Part shown: piece after piece, positions 1 through 12,130 of the stretch | Layout: every line of letters starts with the position of its first letter | Numbering within the stretch: the stretch's first letter is position 1 | Source: Phoronis australis | Taxonomy: Eukaryota; Animalia; Phoronida | Reading direction: 5' to 3' | Assembly: GCA_002633005.1 (NCBI GenBank) | Contig: NMRA01000304.1 | Location: 275,200-339,199, forward strand | DNA: 64,000 nucleotides | Translations under genes and position numbers: made by a program | Notes under the pieces: model-generated | What the model was told of the DNA's origin: nothing | The model's input: the letters and a program-made list of their open reading frames with translations, nothing else | Databases searched by the model: none

Positions 1-486
1 TTTTATTAATAAGGAGAACAATCGACTGTTTTGTTATTCTGGTCTCATGTACTGCTCTGGGTAGGTCCACTCACTAAGCTTATTTTATGTTGTTTTCCTT
101 AAATTTCAGGCTAGCTGAGGTGGAGCAAAAACACTGTTCAACAACAGAGCCGTAAGTAGGCTTTTTATCCAGTATCAATACAATGTAGTTATCAGTCAAA
201 GTGGTGTGCCGGAGACACGAGTTGATATTGTCAGCAGATATGGCATCTGTTTTGTGGAAAGAGACTTTTACGTCAGAAATTTGGTTTTGCATAACTATGT
301 TTGAAAAATGATTAAATCTTGCTTGAGCACAGTAAAAAATATACATTTAACCGCTAGGTACTGACGAGATAATTTAGTGAGTAAATTGTTTCTAGACTGT
401 GTGTGCGTGTGATATGCTCATAATTACTTGACTAAATATTTATACATTAATTGTAAAGTGGGAGTGGAAGACCAAATTTCGGTCTT

Positions 487-730
487 AATAATAAAAATAA
501 TTGCAGGCGGTCTGATACACGTTATACCAGACGTGCACAGGCCTCGCATGTGGGCCCATTGCACTGATCACCTGGAAGTATTTTTATGCTTTATTAACAT
601 GTGGTTAAAACCGAGCTGAGGAGCTAGAAACCTGGCTCAAGGGTTTAGCAGTGTGACCTGGTGGGACTTGAACCCACGACCTCGAGTAAAGAAAGCGGGC
701 ACTTATCAACCAGGCCACACTGCCTCCTCT
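487..730 (-). mobile_element. tRNA-derived SINE with 12-bp target-site duplication
   Basis: Minus strand starts with a tRNA-like head: A box TGGCCTGGTTG and B box GGTTCAAGTCC, with paired GCAGTGTG arms. It ends in an AT-rich (TTA)n-like tail. Direct repeats AATTTCGGTCTT flank it at 475-486 and 731-742. Confidence 0.85.
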
Positions 731-1019
731 AATTTCGGTCTTGAGTATTAAGTCTCTTGTTATGAAGGAGACCCTTGCTCATATATGCTCTTGTTAATTT
801 GTTAATGAGGATGTGTCTCTTGCATCTTGTAACTGTTGGTATTTTGTGACAACACGTTGGTCACTGTGTGCTACAAAAATCTCCCCACATTCTGTCTCAA
901 AATAATAACACGTGACGATTAATTTTTGTGTCTTATACACACGCACGGTCTTGAGAATTAATTTAATAAATTTTAAGATATTGTGTGAAACCATTCTGTA
1001 CCACACATGACTTGTTATT

Positions 1020-1880
1020 CAGCAATTTTTGTTTGATTAGTTGAAACATTGTGCACAGCCATTCTGCACAATGTGTTTGTTAAATTACTGAATATTATAT
1101 TCTCCTGTTGGACATCTTACGTCAGCCACACGAATGGTCATACTGTATGTTATACTACAACTTTTTCTTACAAATTATTAATTCATTAAGATATTTTGCA
1201 TATAACCATTCCATACAATGTGTGCAGTAGACTACTTAAAAGCACACTCATGAATGCATGCATTATTTCGCCCATGGAAATAGTCACGTTTTATGTAATA
1301 CGGTAAAATTTGACCAATTTTGGGCAAACAAATTGTCAAAATTACGCTTTCTTCATTTTTCACATGCTGTTAATGTTGCTGTGGATGAGTACACTTTTTT
1401 AAAATATTTTCTGGTGGTTGCCATGGTAAAGAACTTGAACGTGCAAAATTGTTAATTTGATGCTACGTCTTATGAAACGAGTGAGAAAATAAATTTTCAC
1501 CCATTCGGTATATTGTGTCCTAATTTGGTGAAATTTTACTGTAATAATGCAGTTTTAATGGTTTTTATAATTAGTTAATCAAGATATTGTACACAGCCAT
1601 TGCACACAGCGTAATGCTAAGTAAAAACATACCCAACTCGTACAATATGTCACCCACGGGAATTATCACATTTTATGTAATATTGCAGTTTTAGTTCTTG
1701 TCATAATTAGTTAATTAAGATATTGTATACAGTCATTCCACACAGTGTAATGCTATGTAAAAATACTCCTTAACACATGCATTATGTCACCCACGGGAAT
1801 GATCGCATTTTATGTAATAATGCAGTTTTAATTCTTGTTTTAATTTGTTCATCAAGATAATGTGTGCAGCCATTCCAAGT
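1020..1880. repeat. Degenerate tandem repeat, about 120-140 bp unit
   Basis: The motif GCAGTTTT..AATTAGTTAATYAAGATATTGTRYACAGCCATT..ACAC recurs near 1040, 1185, 1570, 1705 and 1845. Confidence 0.65.
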
Positions 1881-1899
1881 GACATGTCCTTAATAATGT

Positions 1900-2260
1900 A
1901 TTATTACATGACCACTGGTATTTTTCTATCCCCTGATTGGCTGAAGTGTAGTGCAACAACTTCCAATACAGTGTAATGTTTACCAACTTAGTTTGGAAAT
2001 ATCACTTATCACTCATGTCCCCTGGATGTCAGATGTCGCTGTACTCAAACTGATCAATCAGACACTGCACAAACCATAAACCCTGATCATGTCAGATGAT
2101 GTCAGTACATCGAAGCAGATAAGAGGAAAAAGCATCGGTGGTTGTGTAATATTACATAATACCGATCCTATGAGCAAGCAATATTGCCATTGACCTCTAG
2201 CAGTATTGTTCTCCTATGGTCCATATGACCTGATATCAGCCTCAAGATTGGTCCATATTT
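1900..2260. mobile_element. Dispersed non-autonomous repeat (second copy about 40305-40660)
   Basis: Shares the blocks CTGATTGGCTGAA, AAACCATAAACCCTGA, CATCRGTGGTTGTRTAATA and TGACCTGATATCA..CTC in the same order with 40305-40660. Confidence 0.65.
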
Positions 2261-2367
2261 GTGTGATATTTGGCGGAAAATGTGCTAATGCAGAATGATG
2301 ACATTTGGTATAATATCGATACTTTGTGCAAGAAGGCAGGCATTGGTTATCACCTGGTTTTTCGCAG

Positions 2368-2532
2368 GGATGACGAGCACCAGTTGATAGCCCAGTACTG
2401 CCAGAGTCTGAACGGTGATTCTATGTCGTCGCCTCACGCCCTCAAGAGCCCCATGCAGATCATGATGTCCATAGACACCGACCAACGTCATGAATTGGAG
2501 GACATGATTAAAGACTTGGAGGAAGAGAACAA
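2368..2532 (+). CDS. DMD: Dystrophin exon (syntrophin-binding region / first coiled coil)
   Basis: Acceptor ttcgcag, donor gtgagt; encodes [34 protein letters not shown]. Confidence 0.95.
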
Positions 2533-5500
2533 GTGAGTTTATCTGTATAATGGAAACTTTTTGCAGGAACGTCAAGCTTTTCGAAGTTTTGTCCCACGTC
2601 CTGTCGCACCGTGGAAATGTCCCGCTTTTTGGAAGAATGTGGTGAAATTGGTATACTGTGTATTTCGGTACTTTTCTACACAAATTACACATTCCATTTC
2701 ACAGGCATGACTGATAAAAATGGTGTCGCGGTGTTTTAGGTGTTGCAGCAGGACATTTGCTCTTTGCAGAATGGCGTAGATCCAGATAATGTGCTTTTTC
2801 ATTTTCGAATGTTGGCAACTGTGCAACCGCCGTATAAAGTTATACTTGGTATGGTTACGATGTCTTAAAAATAGAGCTTTTACGAGATAAGAAGCAAGAT
2901 GTATTTTTGTCCCACTTCTAGTGACCTCATGTTGCTACTCTACTACTGCTCTGTTGGAATCTTGATGTTTACAAGACCTCATGCTGGTTTTCCACATGTA
3001 TGACTTCACCTTCTGCAAAGTTGTACAGCAATTTTATTTTCATCACTTCTCGTTTGGGAAACTTGCAAGTAGGTTATTGACTTCAAACTAAGAAAAAGGT
3101 TCGAGATAACTTATCTCACCGAAACACCATTCGCGGGCTCCTCTTTTGAGTTGTTACAGTCCTGGAAAATTAGGAGGCTCTCACCTTATTTCATGTAACA
3201 AATGCAAAATAGAAGTAAAATGATGCTTGCCTTTGAAATATATGTTTGCACTCACCTAATAGTCAGATTAGTGAATAGCTGAAGGTGAGATATACAATCC
3301 TAATTAGGTCAAGCTGAAATAACAACCGCCGTGAACTTTTTTTAAGGTGATATGTATTTATTCGAGAATACACAGAACACACAAGGAATATTATAATGAC
3401 AAACCTAGAAATCGCGAGGCATTATATCTGGATTGTGGACAGTTCATAGATGAAAGTAGTATACATAGAACTATATAAGTAGTATTCAAATATTTAGATG
3501 ATTATGCTATTACAAACGTATTAAAAAAAACAAAAGCAGGAATTGTACAGGTATCGAAATCAGAAGCAACAAGATTTATAAGCGATGCATAAAAATTTGC
3601 TAACACTACTTAAGAGGAATTCATTTAGAAAAAAGGAGCACTAAATTCGCCATAAGGGTTTTTTAAAGATGGCGCTCCAATTGGGTAAAAACATGTGGCT
3701 CACCTTTTTGCTGATCAAATCAACAATTACATTGTCCTGGTGAAAGGTCATTATGAATTTATTTCTAGATCACGTCGTGGCAGAAATAGAATTAACAACC
3801 GTATTACTGTCATTGGTACTTCTACTGCTAATGCTAATGCTACTGCAAGAACTCGTGCAGCAAATTTACTTGAAAATGTAGAAAGTGGTTAAATAGATTT
3901 CATAATTATTACGTGATTATTGAATTACCGTCAATAGTGTTTTGGAAATGCTTGTCTGTACAATGTTCAATGTTTGAGTTAGTGTGATGATTTCTCAGAA
4001 CTTAATTTACATAACTAGATCTTGGGCAATGCAGGAGATTGCTCTTAAATCAATATAATACAGTGGTGCGATTCAGTTTTCATTTGCTTTAGCAGAATTA
4101 CCTCTCAGATTTGAGACAGCAACTGATACATTTGTTCTGTTAGAGTGTTTATTACTTGGCGGAATTCTTCCGCCAAGTATGTTGCTCTGACAGCAAGTTT
4201 TTTTTTTTTTGTTTGTTTGTTTGTTCGCTCTCTACAGGTCGCAACTCTGGTCCGATTTTCACGAAATTTGCACACAACATGTAGATCGGGAATCACTGGA
4301 ACGCTATTGTTTTTGGTCATGATCGGATACAAAATGGCGGACGTGGCGGCCATTTTGTATCCGATTTCACAGTCAAATACTCGTAGAGGCCGCATTTTTN
4401 NNNNNNNNNNNNNNNNNNNNNNNNNNNNNNNNNNNNNNNNNNNNNNNNNNNNNNNNNNNNNNNNNNNNNNNNNNNNNNNNNNNNNNNNNNNNNNNNNNNN
4501 NNNNNNNNNNNNNNNNNNNNNNNNNNNNNNNNNNNNNNNNNNNNNNNNNNNNNNNNNNNNNNNNNNNNNNNNNNNNNNNNNNNNNNNNNNNNNNNNNNNN
4601 NNNNNNNNNNNNNNNNNNNNNNNNNNNNNNNNNNNNNNNNNNNNNNNNNNNNNNNNNNNNNNNNNNNNNNNNNNNNNNNNNNNNNNNNNNNNNNNNNNNN
4701 NNNNNNNNNNNNNNNNNNNNNNNNNNNNNNNNNNNNNNNNNNNNNNNNNNNNNNNNNNNNNNNNNNNNNNNNNNNNNNNNNNNNNNNNNNNNNNNNNNNN
4801 NNNNNNNNNNNNNNNNNNNNNNNNNNNNNNNNNNNNNNNNNNNNNNNNNNNNNNNNNNNNNNNNNNNNNNNNNNNNNNNNNNNNNNNNNNNNNNNNNNNN
4901 NNNNNNNNNNNNNNNNNNNNNNNNNNNNNNNNNNNNNNNNNNNNNNNNNNNNNNNNNNNNNNNNNNNNNNNNNNNNNNNNNNNNNNNNNNNNNNNNNNNN
5001 NNNNNNNNNNNNNNNNNNNNNNNTTCCTTCGGTCACGTATGCACGCAGCTGGCTGGCTTTCAGTTCACTTTGTTTTGGTTATGTCTGCACAAGTTAACAG
5101 AGAGTTGTGACCCAGACTGACAAAGCCAGCACTGTCCTACTGCAAAGCATGCCTCGTCCGTAATGTTGCGCCATCTATTGTTCTTTATTGTAGTTGATTG
5201 TATGCTCTATCAAAGTACGTAGAGTTGTGGACGGGCTTTCAGAAGATATTTTCCATTTTGCGCTACAACGTCTACTTTTGAATTATTCGAGATTTTCGGA
5301 TACCGTTGTTCCTTCGGTCACACGCAGCTGGCTGGCTTTCAGCCCACTTTGTTTTGGTTATGCCTAGTTGACCCAGACTGACCCAGCCAGCACTGTCCTA
5401 CTGCAGACTGGACCGTCATGTTGCGCCATCTATTGTTCTTTATTGTAATTGATTGTATGCTCTCTATTTGATTTCTTCGCTAGTCACATGAATGTTATCG

Positions 5501-8500
5501 TGTTTGCCAAACTACCACTTTAGATAGAGTTTTGAACGGGCTTTCATTCTTTATTGTAGTTGACTGTATGCTCTCAATTTGATTTCTTCGCTAGTCACAT
5601 GAATGATATCGTGTTCGTCGTCTTTTCAATTAATTCCGCCAAGTGTCGCTCCTCCGAGCGCTCTCGTTTATTTTGTTGCCATGCTTTGCAAGCTTGAAAT
5701 TCTTGAAGACTACTTGTTTAGATGTTATCTCATACTTCAATGCACAGTCATGCCTCGTTGGGCAGTTATTGTGGAAGAAGTAATCCTCAGAGAATTGTAA
5801 GCTGTTGAGGTTAATTGATGGTTTTGTTACAATTATAGTGCCTGGCCATTAAAATGGTTTTCGTGCTAGGTACCAGTAGTCTCTGCCCTTTCATAAGCCA
5901 GAACGTTTTTCTAACTATTTAACTTAAGAAGTTCCCTGTAAATAGGTCCTTCAGTCATTAAAATAATAGTTTTAGCTCACCCTTGGTGTCCAAAAATACA
6001 TCTTCAAACTAAGATGGAATAAATTTTAGTCAATGTGGCACAGTCAAAAAGGACCAATTCTGACAATGTCAGATTATGTTTTTTCGGGAATTCCAAGTTG
6101 GAAATTCAGGGCCCTGGTTGAACGTGCAGACTTACTGATTATAGAAAATGTCAACACAGATTTGATGAATAATTAATGCGTGGGGTTTGATGTCCGACTG
6201 ACCCGTTTCTTCACTTATCCTTTTTCTTGTTCTGTTGCCATTTAAGTTGTCAATTAAAAGCTACTTCATTTAATGATTTGCTCACGAGTGAGTCATCTGT
6301 GACTTTGTGAGTCATCAGTTTGTATCTTTTGAGTAAACTGCGCATTCTGTGAATTCATTCTGGAAGAAGAATTCCGTTTTGAAATTATGGCTTTCCCAAA
6401 GGTAGACAAGGCTGGAAAAGTAAATTTTATTGATGTTTCACGATGTAACTTAATGTTTGGCTTCAGAAACTTACAAGCTGAGTATGACAGCCTACGACAA
6501 GCACATCAAGAGCATCAGATGAAAGCACCTGCCTACGGCGTTGACCAATCAGATGCATCGCCGAGCCGTGATGCCGAGATGATCGCGGAGGCCAAACTAC
6601 TGCGTCAGCATAAGACTAGACTGGAGGCAAGGATGCAGATATTGGAGGACCACAACCGACAGCTGGAGGGACAGTTACATCGACTGAGGCAGCTTTTGGA
6701 ACAGGTAGGGGGCGCTGTCACTTCTCTGTTGCAAGAGTTTAGATCTGGAGTATTCTCATGATGTTAATTGATTTTCATTCATGCTCTTGTTTGCATAATA
6801 AAATACGAGATCGTGGGTCAATTGAGCTACACGAACTCAAATTTGTGGACCATTTAAGGGAACCTATGAATCACGTTAGTTTTTGTATCCTTTGTCAATG
6901 AGATTTTGGGGTCATCTTCCTCGATTCACTTCATCTGCTATCCTTTTATGTTAAGTAGCCAGTTATTGGCACTAAGCTTGATGCTCTTATGAGAAACATC
7001 AGCTTTAATTAAGTCCTCTGCATCGCAAATTGTTGCGTTGTCAGAAACTAAAAGTATAAGTATTTCTGTACCAAGAATAAAAAAGAAAGTATTTTTGCTA
7101 ACTCAATTTTATTGTCATAGTTTGCCAAGGTATGAAATCAGTGAAATTTTTATGCACCAATGACATGGTGTGCTCTCCTAAAATTATCCTTGATTTTAGA
7201 TGACATCCTGGCACTTGCACAGAGGCAGTGAATAACTTCGCGGACGAGAGTGAAATTTTGGAACTGTGCAGAAGTTTGTGCTATGCCTTAGAGAGAGTAC
7301 TGAAATGCTAGAAAATTTGGCTTGCCTTGATTTGTGGGAATCAAACATGAATTGCTTGTTAATAAGTCGTGAAATACTTGTGAAGACTGAATAATGGTTC
7401 TCACTGCTCACCATTTTATCAATGTTCACGTCCTTTCCCTGATGGAGACGTGTACTTTTTTATGTGTTCTCGCTGCCCATTTCCATCATGAACAGTGTGT
7501 AAATTATGCTTGAAAACACCAAATCAGTCGCAAACATAAATCTGTTGAAATGGCACATTTTGCCATAGTCAAATTACATGTCATTAAATTCCAAAACATT
7601 GGTCAAGTATGTCAGGGTGGCTTACATTTGAGTCATTTTCGTTAACTTGAAAATGTATTGTCAGTGATATTTGAAACCAAAAGTAGTTTACATATGAAAC
7701 TGAAGTATCTGTTAAATGTTCTATCCCCGCTATGTATTTTCAGCCGTCACCAAACGATCTGAGTCCAACTTCATCTCAGGGCTCTTTGACGGGGGTTCAC
7801 TCACCTAAAAAGTTTACACCCTCCATGGAACCTCTACCCCAGGTTAATGGTCACAATGGTGGTAAGTGATTTCGGAGATTACAAGCCAGTTTATTGCGGT
7901 CTTTGAAGAATAATATTCACATACAGCAGTCCCACATCTTCAGAACCGGATTTCTCCTCTGAATTACTGCTTCTCAAAATCGTGGACCTCTGTAAATGAC
8001 TATTACCTCTTTCCAGATCAAGCTAGTTTACGTTTCTAACATTCGTACACTAGGGAATTTTAACTGTCATGTGGTTCACCTCAATCAATGATAATGTCCT
8101 TCGTCAAGTACAGTCGAACCTTGTTATGACATACTCCCGGGACCTGTGTAAATCATTCGTTGTAACTGAGGTTCGCTGTATCCAAATCAACTTTTCAAGA
8201 AAATGAGTCATGCACTACTGGTATCTTTGGTATAGGTGCAAAATTAAACACTATACTGTATGAAAGTTGCCCTGTAAATGTGTGTTCCAGTGAATGTGAA
8301 GGATTCCAGTCACGTTGCAGAGATATCTAACAATAAATTCAAATACCTGGCTGCATGCAACAAATCATGTGCCTGTGTATCATTGGCAGTGCACAGAATG
8401 ATCTGAAATAAGGCTTTCATTGGCTGGCTGTAAAGTTGAAGTTACCACTGATAGTGAACCTGGGTTGTTGTAACCATGTGAACGTTGTATCCATGTTCAT

Positions 8501-9863
8501 TGAAACAGAGTGTAGAACGTGTTATACATAAGAAAATGTTAGGACTTGCGGAGTGTAACAATATAACCAAGTGGTCATTATCAACCAGGTTCAATTTATC
8601 GCGATTCGAGTGTAGTAAGACTTTGATGGTTAAGTAATGTTACTTCTTTCAGACACAAGTAATGGTGGCTCATACTTAGCTGATAACAAGGAGCTGGAAG
8701 ACGTGATTAAGGACCTGAATGAGTCGTACCCTCCTGATAAGTCGAGAGGTATGATATGTTAATGGTATCAACCGGAATGTGTTGCTTTAAATTTCTTAAC
8801 GTATTGCACATGTTCAGGCCCATGCACCTATCTGTGAAGTCGTGCCAAATTGTGAAACACGCGATTAAAACCCAGGAGCAAACTTCTGAAATTGTGTGCT
8901 TGTGAAACTTGTTACGCAATGGTTAGATATTTTATTAAAAATATCGATTATGGACAAATACCTCACGCACAACACCCAGTGTAAGACGTCCACAGCATAT
9001 CCAAGGGTTAACTGCTTGTGCCTACAAGTGAAGCTGCGGTGTGAGAGGGTATTTGGGAAACAATTTATTAAAAGTTTCTTTAAAATCTGACCATTTTGAA
9101 CATGAGCACGTGGGCCTATGTACGGTCATCAAACGAGAAATAAGTTTCCTGATGCTAACAGAATAGCCCGAGTGCTTGCTGGTCTTGTTTGTAATCCCTA
9201 GTGATACTCCAATTGTGCCATTAAGTATGTGCACATTCGTAAACAAGTTAAGGTCGAATGAGTGTGGTTGTTTTTAAATCCCGAAGTGCTTCGGCTAAGA
9301 ATTCAACAAGTCACAGAACTTAGCATTTCCATCTTGGTCTTTAAGAAAGTAAAGTTGCCTTGTGGTCAGTGAAACAATCATACCCTGATGCGGTATGCCC
9401 CTTTCTCAACATAGCCGGCATTCATTCACTGCAGATTTAATTGAGTTTTGGTGCAAATTTTCACCTGAACTGGTTATCCTGTTCACTTATCCTTATAGCA
9501 CATGACTTGACTGAATTCTGTCATTTTGCTCTCATTGGGCTAATTACTCGCAAGATGACTTTGTGGTGAGCGCTCATTTTAAGTGTTTAGTTTCTGAGTA
9601 GCATCTTCTCTAGCTGCTTATCAAAATTCTCCTTGTGGACACAGTATTAGTATCCCAAGTTCCATTGTGCATCCTTTGTTGGTTATTACTCTCACAACCT
9701 CTACATTGTTGTACATTTTTACTATATTGCACTACATGTTGACCATTTGTTGTCAGGTTCCAATGTCGGTGATCTATTACACATGGCTGACGAGGTTGGA
9801 AAGGCAGTTGGCACCTTGGTAACGGTCATGACAGATGACGAAGCTAGTGGCAATGAAGGATAG
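2368..9863 (+). CDS. DMD: Dystrophin (dystrophin/utrophin family), 3' part: last five coding exons; the gene starts upstream of the window
   Basis: GT-AG exons 2368-2532, 6467-6704, 7744-7861, 8653-8748 and 9757-9863 (TAG) join in frame (phases 2,0,1,1). They encode [26 protein letters not shown] / [55 protein letters not shown], the dystrophin C-terminal coiled coils, and end [27 protein letters not shown]. Confidence 0.96.
4145..4399 (+). mobile_element. Helentron/DINE-1-like (HINE) non-autonomous element, cut by a gap
   Basis: 5' hairpin TACTTGGCGGAA..TTCCGCCAAGTA, then a (GTTT)n microsatellite and the CCGATTTTCACGAAATTTG core typical of this element class. Confidence 0.6.
4400..5023. other. 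Assembly gap
   Basis: Run of N. Confidence 1.
5024..5612. repeat. Local tandem duplications (about 285 bp plus about 115 bp sub-blocks)
   Basis: TTCCTTCGGTCAC..CACGCAGCTGGCTGGCTTTCAG occurs at 5024 and 5309. TTCTTTATTGTAGTTGATTGTATGCTCT occurs three times. Confidence 0.75.
6467..6704 (+). CDS. DMD: Dystrophin exon (second coiled coil)
   Basis: Encodes [40 protein letters not shown], near-identical to the conserved dystrophin motif. AG/GT borders. Confidence 0.97.
7744..7861 (+). CDS. DMD: Dystrophin exon (Ser/Pro-rich linker)
   Basis: Acceptor ttttcag, donor gtaagt, open in the required phase ([14 protein letters not shown]..). Confidence 0.85.
8111..8612. mobile_element. Tc1/mariner-pogo type MITE
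   Basis: TA|CAGTCGAACC ... GATTCGAGTG|TA: imperfect terminal inverted repeats with a TA target-site duplication. Confidence 0.65.
8653..8748 (+). CDS. DMD: Dystrophin exon
   Basis: Encodes [14 protein letters not shown], matching vertebrate LEEVMEQLNNSFP. Borders ctttcag / gtatga. Confidence 0.9.
9757..9863 (+). CDS. DMD: Dystrophin terminal coding exon
   Basis: Encodes [34 protein letters not shown]; TAG at 9861-9863. Confidence 0.92.
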
Positions 9864-11226
9864 GCTTTGCCTCAGCACCGTCTGTCCACATGCTCAGTGT
9901 CCTTTGTAGATTGATGGACTTAGCTCCGACTTTTCTTCATGTATAGTTGGCAAGAGAGGTCAATTGTTGAGATTATTTAGAAAGACAATGGGTTTGGTTT
10001 GTTTATTGGAATGAATCCCACAGACCTCACTGCAGATTTTCATGATTTATTGTCTTTGTTTGGACATAATGGGTTGTAATGCGCAGTGGCTTGTTGCTTT
10101 TAAAATGGTTTAGGACAAGAAAACAAGACCACCTCAGAACAATATTTCTTCTCTAAAGTGCTTGCAAGCTGTATCATGCAGACAGCTAAGTTCAAACCCT
10201 TTTATAATTTCTATGTTAATTTATGTATTTATTTAGATTCAGATTTTAGGAAATTGACTGAAAGTTCTTACCAATGTTATTTTAATGTTCAGGCGCCCTC
10301 TTGTGGACATTGGTGTTTCATTTGTAGACATCTGATGTTTCATGTATGCATTTACGGTTTTCTATCTCTAATTTTTTGTGTGGTGGCTTTCATGTTTTCA
10401 TCAGGTGATTTTAATGAGGTGATATATGCCAGCTGTCCGATGGTTTACTGTCAGTTAGAATGCTTTCGTTGTAGTCAGTCATACTCTTTTGGGTGTTTGC
10501 TGACAAGCGTTGGAGAAGTGTCCAAATTGTACAGAATTTAGAAAGCTTGGTGTAGTCATGGAGACTGGAGTTTATATTGGCAAGCTTTGTGATAAGGTGT
10601 ACTGGTCCACTGGATTTGTGATTTGTGAGTCCAAGACATGCCCAGAACGGTTGGAGTTCAGGAGATTTGATGTGGTGAATGCATTTATCGGTATAGCGTC
10701 CCCGACTTTTCGTTCACAGCAGCAGCGTCACCTGTGTTTTTAAAACAAAAGTAAGTTTGGTTTTATACTGCTATGTTAAATACTCACTAACTTTATTTAA
10801 AGATATTCACTGTAATGTTATTGTGGTGCTCTACCAAAGCGTCATGATCATATTATAATAATCTTATATTTACTTGGTGCTATATATGTTACAGTGTTTA
10901 ATTCTGTGCATGTCTGGTTCCCATTTGCATACTAGGGCTTTTAGTAATGGTAAGATGTTACGATTCAAAGATTTTAAATGTAAGTAGTATGACCATGTCA
11001 TAGGATTGGTGTATTTGTGGAGGATATGTACTGTGTTATTGTGTTAAGCGAAACGAGCGTTGTTCATTTTGTGTTTTATGACGAGTATATAGTATTTTTA
11101 TCACCAGTTAGAGTGGTGTGTTTGACTATAGCGTCCCCTTGGTGGCGCTGATTGTACTGTAGATGCACGCGTATGTATATGACACTTGTTTGAACAAAAT
11201 GTATACATAGTTTTATATTTCAGAAA

Positions 11227-11232
11227 AATAAA
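11227..11232 (+). terminator. Probable dystrophin polyadenylation signal
   Basis: AATAAA after about 1.4 kb of AU-rich 3' UTR-like sequence, just before a transposon. Confidence 0.5.
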
Positions 11233-11259
11233 TCGCATCTGTAACTCATTATGTGCCTC

Positions 11260-12130
11260 ATTTTTATGCGCCCACGTATTTGTTTGTGGGTGCATATTGC
11301 CGTCATCTCTGTCTGGGCATCCGGCGCCCGTTGTCCAGTGTCCATAGCTGTATCACGTAAACCCCTTACAGGATCTTGATGAGATTTGGAAGATGTGTAC
11401 CTATGAAGCTGATGAGGGATGCCGTCAAGTTTTGGACCTGTCCAACTGGTGTGCTCCCTTGCCTCTCTGTATCTTTGGGGGTCCTCAACAAATTTTTATA
11501 AAATTTGGCAGTTAGGCATCTATCAGAGAGATGCCGTTATCCTCCCGTTTTCGGATGGATTTGAGGTATTTTGCGCCACCTCATAGCCATTTTTACTATA
11601 TCTTCAAAGGTCCTCAACGAGTTTCCATAAAATGTGGCAAATAGGCTTCTATAATGAATGAAGGTATTTTTCGCCACCTAGTGACCATTTCTATTGTTTT
11701 AAAGTCTGCTTTTGGCATCCGCCCCGCTGTCTATCAAATTACTCTAAGGATGATAGTGAAAATTGGCATGTATGTTCCTACTGTGAAGAAAATGGATGTC
11801 GATGATTTTCCCACGACCACAGCTACTGTGGTGCCCCCTAGTGGCAATTTTGGTGTTATTTACGCCCATGGCTGTATCTCCCAAAGTCTTGTTTGAAGTT
11901 GACAATGGACATCTACGACTTTCAGACGTATAAGATAAAGGTTGTGCCCCCTAATGGTAATTTAATTTTTTCCGTTTTCCTCTTTTTTCTATATTAAATT
12001 CAAGCTCCCGATTTTTTTTAAATTTTGTAAATAGCTTTCTATTGTAACGATGGCATGTTCTTGTTTCCGGATGGATTTGACGTATTTTGTGCCATCTAGT
12101 GGCCATTTTTACTGGTATGTAGTCTCTATT
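11260..12130 (+). mobile_element. Helentron/DINE-1-like (HINE) element, degraded
   Basis: Starts TTTTTATGCGCCCAC..GTGGGTGCATATTGCCGTCATCTCTGTC, the same 5' hairpin as the 29078 copy. Internal repeats AAATTTGGCA ... GTGCCCCCTAGTGGC. Confidence 0.7.

Noticed and set aside
650-730. tRNA gene
   Set aside because: The tRNA-like head continues into a 160-bp body with tail and TSD, so it is a SINE.
4145-5110. Long ORFs of 239-321 aa here and at 29250-30074
   Set aside because: They are open only because they run through N gaps.
10158-10743. 127- and 77-aa ORFs after dystrophin
   Set aside because: Composition fits 3' UTR sequence, with non-ATG starts and no splice support or domain.
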